From NCBI GenBank assembly GCA_965250285.1, contig OZ252299.1:1536001-1600000 (forward strand): a stretch of 64,000 bases of DNA, in the 5' to 3' direction. The DNA is from Myxococcota bacterium (GTDB lineage Bacteria; Myxococcota_A; UBA9160; UBA4427). Position 1 is the stretch's first letter. Every line of letters starts with the position of its first letter. A program made the translations under genes and the position numbers. Below are positions 58,144 through 64,000 of this stretch, in pieces. The notes beneath the pieces were generated by a model. The model did no database searches, had not been told where the DNA came from, and saw only the letters and a program-made list of their open reading frames with translations.

Positions 58144-58862
58144 GCGACATGATGCGTTGGTTCCTCAACCTGAGACCCGGCCTGCTGCTGCTGGCGCTGG
58201 CGATCGCCACCTTTCTGTGGGTGATCGCGCACGAGTCGACGAGTGTCGAGCGCACGTTCGACATTCCGGTCGAGCTGCACCGGCTCGACGAGTCGCTGGT
58301 CGTGACCGACCAGAACGTCGATGGCGTGAACGTCCGCGTGATGGGCAGCCGGGCCGCGCTCAACAACCTCGACGAGAAGGGCCTGCGCTACGCGATCGAT
58401 GTGTCGGGCGCGAAGCCCGGCGTCGCCGTGTTCGACGTCGAGCTCTCTCGGCTCGATCTCCCGACGGGAGCCCGCTTCATCAGTCGCTCGCCTGCGCAGG
58501 TCAAGGTGCGCTTCGAGAAGAGTGGCCGGAAGGCGGTGCGCGTGAACCCCGACGTGACGGGTACGCCGGCTCCCGGGTATCACCTGGCTGGTCTCGTGAT
58601 CGAGCCGCAGAAGGTGTGGCTCGCCGGCGCCCGCAGTCAGGTCATGCGCCTCGAAGAGGTCTCGACCGAGTCGATCGACATCGATGGGTTGAAGGACAGC
58701 GAGACGCGCGAGGTGAGGCTCGTGCTGGGCGGAGGCACGCTCTGGGTCGAAGACGACGCGCCGGTGAAGGTGCAGATTCGCATGGAGCCCGACCTGCTGC
58801 CTGATGAAGAGGTGCTGCCGCCGGGTGCGTCGCCGGCCGGTGAAGTGACGGTCGAGGGCTGA
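58140..58862 (+). CDS. cdaR: CdaR/YbbR family regulator
   Basis: LALAIATFLW TM; two YbbR-like repeats; sits between cdaA and glmM. Confidence 0.85.
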   Translation: MSDMMRWFLNLRPGLLLLALAIATFLWVIAHESTSVERTFDIPVELHRLDESLVVTDQNVDGVNVRVMGSRAALNNLDEKGLRYAIDVSGAKPGVAVFDVELSRLDLPTGARFISRSPAQVKVRFEKSGRKAVRVNPDVTGTPAPGYHLAGLVIEPQKVWLAGARSQVMRLEEVSTESIDIDGLKDSETREVRLVLGGGTLWVEDDAPVKVQIRMEPDLLPDEEVLPPGASPAGEVTVEG

Positions 58863-58956
58863 CACCCTGTGGCGCGATCCGGGCACTCACCCGGGAGCCG
58901 GACGCCCGGCAGCGCATGCGCAGCAGCGGCGCAATCAATCTGGGGACGAGGAATCG

Positions 58957-60324
58957 ATGGCGGACAAGCGGAAGCTCTTTGGGACGGACGGCGTGCGGGG
59001 CCGCGCCAACGTGCACCCGATGACGGCCGAGATGGCGCTCAAGCTCGGGCAGGCCGTTGCGCATCACTTTCGCGGTCGCGAGCGGGGCCGTCACCGGATC
59101 CTGATCGGCAAGGACACGCGACTCTCGGGCTACATGTTCGAAGACGCCCTCGCGGCCGGCATCTGCTCGATGGGCGTCGACGTGATTCAGGTCGGCCCGA
59201 TGCCGACGCCGGCCTTGGCCTTCCTGACGACCGACATGCGATGCGACGCCGGCGTGATGATCACCGCCAGCCACAATCCGTATCAGGACAACGGCATCAA
59301 GTTCTTCGGCCGCGACGGCTTCAAGCTCGACGACGCCATCGAACTCGAGATCGAACGCATGGTCGAGAGCGGCGAGCTCGAGGGGGCGCGCGCCGGCGCT
59401 GACGAGATCGGCCAGGCCCGCCGCATCGACGACGCCGAGGGCCGCTATGTCGTCTTCCTGAAGAACACCTTCCCTCACGACATCACGCTCGAGGGGCTTC
59501 GGATCGTGCTCGACTGCGCCCATGGCGCGGCCTACAAGGTCGGGCCGACCGTGCTCGAGGAGCTCGGCGCCGAAGTGTTTGCGCAAGGCGTGACGCCGAA
59601 TGGTCGCAACATCAACGACGAATGCGGCTCGCTGCATCCCAACGCGACGGCGAGCCGCGTGCGCGAGGTGCGCGCCGACATCGGCATCGCGCTCGATGGA
59701 GACGCCGATCGGGTGATGATCGTCGACGAGCGGGGCGAGGTGCTCGATGGTGATCTGGTCATCTCGCTCTGCGCGCGCCACCTGATGGAGCGCGGCGCGC
59801 TCAAGGGGGGCGGCGTCGTGACCACGGTGATGAGCAATCTCGGTCTCGAGGAAGAGCTCGAGAAGCTCGGCCTCGCCCTCGTGCGCACGCAGGTCGGCGA
59901 CCGCTATGTCGTCGAGGCGATGCGCGCCGGCGGCTACAACCTCGGCGGCGAGCAGTCGGGCCACGTCGTGTTCCTCGATCACGGCCGCACGGGCGACGGT
60001 CTGATGACGGCGCTGCAGGTGCTCGCGATCCTCGCCCGTTCGAAGAAGCCGCTCTCGGAGCTCGCCGCCGGCTTCAACCGCTATCCCCAGGTGATGGTCA
60101 ACGTCGGCGTATCGACCAAGCGACCGATCGAAGATCTGCCGCGCGTGCAGGACGCGATCGCCGAGGTCGAGGCGAAGCTCGAGGGCCGCGGCCGGGTGCT
60201 GATTCGCTACAGCGGCACCGAGAACAAGGCGCGCGTGATGGTCGAGGGCGAAGAAGAGAGCGATGTGACCGAGTACGCGAACGTGCTCGCTGCGACCCTC
60301 AAGGAGTCCCTCGCCGCCGGCTGA
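58957..60324 (+). CDS. glmM: Phosphoglucosamine mutase
   Basis: FGTDGVRG, ITASHNP, DGDADR, GGEQSGH, RYSGTE. Confidence 0.97.
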   Translation: MADKRKLFGTDGVRGRANVHPMTAEMALKLGQAVAHHFRGRERGRHRILIGKDTRLSGYMFEDALAAGICSMGVDVIQVGPMPTPALAFLTTDMRCDAGVMITASHNPYQDNGIKFFGRDGFKLDDAIELEIERMVESGELEGARAGADEIGQARRIDDAEGRYVVFLKNTFPHDITLEGLRIVLDCAHGAAYKVGPTVLEELGAEVFAQGVTPNGRNINDECGSLHPNATASRVREVRADIGIALDGDADRVMIVDERGEVLDGDLVISLCARHLMERGALKGGGVVTTVMSNLGLEEELEKLGLALVRTQVGDRYVVEAMRAGGYNLGGEQSGHVVFLDHGRTGDGLMTALQVLAILARSKKPLSELAAGFNRYPQVMVNVGVSTKRPIEDLPRVQDAIAEVEAKLEGRGRVLIRYSGTENKARVMVEGEEESDVTEYANVLAATLKESLAAG

Positions 60325-60480
60325 TGGGATCCCTGGCGCAAGCGGTCGCGCTCGTCCCGGCCGATCTTCGCTGACTCGCCGTGCTCGGTGGTGCGCCGGG
60401 TTGAGTCGGAGACCGGCGAGCGTCACTCTCTGGGCGACACGCAGGGCCGGCTTCTCGGGCTGCGTTTCGCGGAGACGCCG

Positions 60481-62157
60481 ATGATCGAGTCCGGCTTCTG
60501 GCCTCTCGTGAGCGCGGCGCGCATGCGCGCGCTCGACGCGCACACCATCGACGAGCTGGGTGTTCCGAGCGAAGTGCTCATGGAGAGCGCCGGCCGTGCG
60601 GTGGTCGAACACCTGGCCGCGCACGCGCACGAGCGGGTGGCCGCCGGCGCCCGGGTCGAGCTCGTCTGCGGGCCGGGGCACAACGGCGGTGATGGCCTCG
60701 TGGTCGCGCGCCATCTGCATCTCATGGGCTGGCCCTGCCGGGCCTGGCTCGTGGGCGACCGTGCGCGTCTCGGCTTGACCGTCGCGGCACAGCTCGGCCG
60801 AGCCGAGGCCGTGGGCGTGCGCGTCGAGGGAGCGGCCGACGGTCGATTGTCACTCGACGCCGATGCGATCGTCGTCGACGCGCTCTTCGGCACCGGGCTC
60901 AGTCGCCCGGTCGAGGGGGCCGCCGCGGTCGCGATCCAGGCGATCGGGGCCGCGCGCGCTGCGGGGGCCCACGTCGTCGCCGTCGACCTGCCGTCGGGCA
61001 TCGAGACGGATACGGGCGCGGTGCTCGGCGCGGCGGTCGAGGCGGACGAGACCGTCACGATCTCGCTGCCCAAGGCGGGGCTCGCGCTGCCTCCTGGCCG
61101 CACGCGTGCGGGCCGCGTCTCCGTCGCGCGCGTCGGCATCGTCGACGCGCTGCCGGGCGACCCCGATCCGGTCGAGGGGGTGGCTCGGCTCCACACCCGA
61201 GCGGGCCTGGCCGCGATGCTGCCCGCGCGCCCCAACGCCGGCCACAAGGGCCGCTTTGGTCACGTGCTCGTCGCCGCCGGCAGTGAAGGCAAGACGGGGG
61301 CCGCGGCGCTGGCGGCCCACGCAGCCATGCGGGCCGGTGCCGGCCTCGTCACACTCGCCTGTGCCGAGGGTCTGAATGACATCCTCGAGGTGAAGTGCAC
61401 CGAGGCGATGACCGCGCCGGTCGGAGAGGCCGGCGCGCGGTGGCTCGCCGTCGACGCCGCCGAGGCCATCGGTGCGCTGGCGCGTGAGCGCGACGTCCTC
61501 GCGCTCGGGCCCGGGCTCGGCACCGAGGAGACGACGGGTCGGCTCGTTCGGGCGTTGTGTGACGAGGTCGCACAACCGCTGGTGCTCGACGCCGACGGGC
61601 TCAATGCGCTGGGTCGCGAGCTCGGGGTGCTGAAGGGGCGACCCGGGCCGACCGTGCTGACGCCCCATCCGGGTGAGGCCGCGCGGCTGCTCGGGACCAG
61701 CGCCGCTGAGGTGAACGCCGATCGCGTCGGTGCGGCCCGGGCCCTCGCCGCGGGCGCCGAGTCGGTCGTGGTGCTCAAGGGCGCCGGGACGGTCGTGGCG
61801 GACGCGGATGGCCGGGTGCGCATCAATCCGACGGGCAACCCGGCGCTGGGCTCGGGCGGGACGGGCGATGTACTCACAGGCGTCGTCGCGGCGCACCTCG
61901 CCCAGGGGCTCGCGCCCCTCGACGCCGCGTCGACCGCCGTGTATCTGCATGGCGCAGCCGCCGACGCCTGGGCCGAGCAGCACGGTGAGGCGGGGCTCGC
62001 CGCGCGTGATCTCGCCGAATGGCTCCCCGAAACGGCGCATCGCCTGCGGCTCGGTGACGCGATCGGCGCATCGACGCCCGAGTCGCCCGGCTCGGCCTTC
62101 GACGCAGGGAGAGCGCGTGTCGAGCGCACACTGCTTCCGTTCCCGTTCGGCGTCTGA
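60481..62157 (+). CDS. nnr: Bifunctional NAD(P)H-hydrate epimerase/dehydratase (NnrE-NnrD)
   Basis: LMESAG, GHNGGDG, DALFGTG, HKGRFG, DADGLN, TPHPGE, GGTGDVL. Confidence 0.93.
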   Translation: MIESGFWPLVSAARMRALDAHTIDELGVPSEVLMESAGRAVVEHLAAHAHERVAAGARVELVCGPGHNGGDGLVVARHLHLMGWPCRAWLVGDRARLGLTVAAQLGRAEAVGVRVEGAADGRLSLDADAIVVDALFGTGLSRPVEGAAAVAIQAIGAARAAGAHVVAVDLPSGIETDTGAVLGAAVEADETVTISLPKAGLALPPGRTRAGRVSVARVGIVDALPGDPDPVEGVARLHTRAGLAAMLPARPNAGHKGRFGHVLVAAGSEGKTGAAALAAHAAMRAGAGLVTLACAEGLNDILEVKCTEAMTAPVGEAGARWLAVDAAEAIGALARERDVLALGPGLGTEETTGRLVRALCDEVAQPLVLDADGLNALGRELGVLKGRPGPTVLTPHPGEAARLLGTSAAEVNADRVGAARALAAGAESVVVLKGAGTVVADADGRVRINPTGNPALGSGGTGDVLTGVVAAHLAQGLAPLDAASTAVYLHGAAADAWAEQHGEAGLAARDLAEWLPETAHRLRLGDAIGASTPESPGSAFDAGRARVERTLLPFPFGV

Positions 62158-62620
62158 AACCCAGGCGCTCGGCCAGGCGCTTGGGTCGGTGCTGGCCGCG
62201 GCGCGCGACCGTGGCCTCGTCATCGCCCTCGACGGCGACCTCGGCGCGGGCAAGACCGTCTTCGTGAAAGGGCTCGCGACCGGGCTCGGGGGCGCGGCCG
62301 ATCTCGTGTCGAGTCCGACGTTCGTGATCGCCCAGCGCTACGACGACGGCGCGCTGCGGCTCCACCATGTCGATCTCTATCGGATCGAGGACGAGTCGGA
62401 GCTCGACGGCTTCGGCTTCGACGAAATGCTCGATCCACCCGCGGTGGCGGCCATCGAGTGGTCGTGTCGCTTTCCGCAGGCGTTGCCGCGAGATCATCTG
62501 GCGGTCGCCATTGCGCGCGACGCGAAGGGCGGCGACGACGGGCGATGCCTCGAGGTCGAATCGCGCGGTCCCCGCTCGTCGGCCACCCTGGCGGCCTGGC
62601 GGGCGCGCGTCGCCGTCTGA
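62117..62620 (+). CDS. tsaE: tRNA t6A biosynthesis ATPase
   Basis: GDLGAGKT, VSSPTF, HVDLYRI, AIEW. Confidence 0.92.
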   Translation: MSSAHCFRSRSASETQALGQALGSVLAAARDRGLVIALDGDLGAGKTVFVKGLATGLGGAADLVSSPTFVIAQRYDDGALRLHHVDLYRIEDESELDGFGFDEMLDPPAVAAIEWSCRFPQALPRDHLAVAIARDAKGGDDGRCLEVESRGPRSSATLAAWRARVAV

Positions 62621-62744
62621 CTCAGCGCAGGGCGTCGCCGTCGGACTCAGCGCCGGGCGTCGCCGGCTGAATCGGAGCGGCCCACCACGGGCCGATCCGG
62701 CGCGGGGCGTGGCCGTCTGATCCAGCGCGGGGCGTCGCCGGCCG
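62607..62744 (+). repeat. Degenerate 25-bp tandem repeat starting in the tsaE stop region
   Basis: gcgtcgccgtctgactcagcgcagg-like units at 62607, 62632, 62657, (62682), 62707, 62732. Confidence 0.75.
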
Positions 62745-62844
62745 TGTTCGAGCGGGGCGCGACGGGCCCGAGCAACCGCGCGCGGTTTTGAACAACGTCG
62801 ACCCGATGCGCACGCACCGCCCGGTCGCCGGGTCGCGGCTCGAG

Positions 62845-63450
62845 ATGCGAGCCTCGCGCCTCGTGAGGCGCTCGAAGTGGATCCGCCGGCGCGTCCGGTG
62901 CCGCCGCCGATCCGCGCTCGTTCGCAGGCGCGGGCGCAGGCATGGAGACAGGCAAAGGCACGCACCGCGCCACGAGGCTCGGGCGCTGCGGCGCGAAGGC
63001 GCCGTCTGGGCGCTGTGCGTGTTCGGCGGAGTCTTGCTTGCGCTTGCGGTCGCGCCCGGGACGGACCCGCGCTCGGCCGGGGCCTGGCGCTGCACGATGC
63101 CGCGCGAGGCCGCGGCCGAGCAGGGCTGGACCCGCGGCGTGACGTGCGGCGCGCTTCCGGGCGGCGGTCGGCCCCTGCGCGGGCCGGTGCGGTGGCTCTT
63201 CGGCCAGCGGGTCGATCTCGCGCGCGCCGACGCGCGGCTACTGCAGGCCCTGCCCGGGATTGGTCCGGCGCGCGCCCGAGCCATCGTCGCCGAGCGCGGG
63301 CGGCGGCCCTTCGAGCGCATCGAAGACCTCGAGCGCGTGCACGGGATCGGGCCGCGCACCGTCGAGCGACTGCGCCCGTATCTGTACATCGACCCGACGA
63401 GGCCCCCTGTGGCGCGCCGCGCGACGGCATTCGAGGGCGGGGAGCGGTAG
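62845..63450 (+). CDS. ComEA-family helix-hairpin-helix DNA-binding protein; start uncertain
   Basis: VDLARAD..LLQALPGIGPARARAIV...LERVHGIGPRTVERL. Confidence 0.8.
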   Translation: MRASRLVRRSKWIRRRVRCRRRSALVRRRGRRHGDRQRHAPRHEARALRREGAVWALCVFGGVLLALAVAPGTDPRSAGAWRCTMPREAAAEQGWTRGVTCGALPGGGRPLRGPVRWLFGQRVDLARADARLLQALPGIGPARARAIVAERGRRPFERIEDLERVHGIGPRTVERLRPYLYIDPTRPPVARRATAFEGGER

Positions 63451-63504
63451 CTTCCCGGGCATGCGGCGCGCGATCCTCCCGCAGCGCTGCCATCCGGAGG
63501 GGGC

Positions 63505-64000
63505 ATGACGGCTCCGACGCCGCGAAGGTCGGCTGCGCCCGAAGGCTGGATCACGCGCATCCGCAATTTCATCGTCGAGGATCTCTGGAACCTCGACGTC
63601 GGTTCGGGGCGCTGGCCCGGGTACGGCCTGCGACTCGTGCAGCTCGCGGTCATGATCGCCGAGGGCTTCGTCCGCGATAAGCTGCTGCTGCGCGCGAGCG
63701 CGCTCACCTACGTCACGACCCTCGCACTGATCCCGCTGCTGGCCGTCATGGTGGGCATCATGCGGCTCGGTCGAGGCGGCGACGAACTGGTCAAAGTCGT
63801 GGTCGACGGCATGACCGCCGTCAGCCCCGAGGCGCGCGAGATCGTGCTCGAGCAGGTGCGCAACGCCGATTTTGCGAGCCTCGGCACCATCGGCGCGACG
63901 ATTCTGCTCGCTACCTCGATCCTCGCGCTGCGCCACCTCGAAACGACGCTGAACGAGATCTGGGGCGTCGAGGACCAGCGCACGTGGGCCCGGCGGCTCA
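63505..64000 (+). CDS. YihY/virulence factor BrkB family membrane protein, 3'-truncated
   Basis: GGAGG RBS; RASALTYVTTLALIPLLAV, LETTLNEIWGV. Confidence 0.85.
   Translation, partial: MTAPTPRRSAAPEGWITRIRNFIVEDLWNLDVGSGRWPGYGLRLVQLAVMIAEGFVRDKLLLRASALTYVTTLALIPLLAVMVGIMRLGRGGDELVKVVVDGMTAVSPEAREIVLEQVRNADFASLGTIGATILLATSILALRHLETTLNEIWGVEDQRTWARRL

Overview
Very GC-rich bacterial chromosomal window. The gene repertoire (DUF4388-DnaJ-TPR protein, tilS-ftsH-folP-cdaA-cdaR-glmM-nnr-tsaE block, exosortase, V4R-STAS) suggests a Myxococcota/deltaproteobacterial genome; this is an inference. It holds about 55 CDS, mostly housekeeping, envelope, signalling and metabolic genes, plus tRNA-Glu(TTC) and tRNA-Met(CAT). 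I saw no integrase, transposase, prophage or CRISPR array. The most unusual signals are: (1) a 77-bp tandem array between folP and cdaA, where each unit is a 26-codon folP/cdaA chimeric mini-ORF with its own RBS, chained by GTGA stop/start overlaps; (2) repeated tandem duplications spanning gene stop codons (AKR, rmd-like, folP, tsaE); (3) a 972-aa protein with a degenerate nuclease-like region, an Arg/acidic disordered linker and a DHH-like domain, preceded by a potentially structured ~310-nt leader; (4) a P-loop kinase-dCMP deaminase fusion; (5) a 135-bp REP/BIME-like palindromic repeat; (6) an orphan V4R-STAS (RsbR-like) gene in an HD-GYP/DnaJ cluster. Start codons were chosen by eye and family calls come from motif recognition, not database searches.
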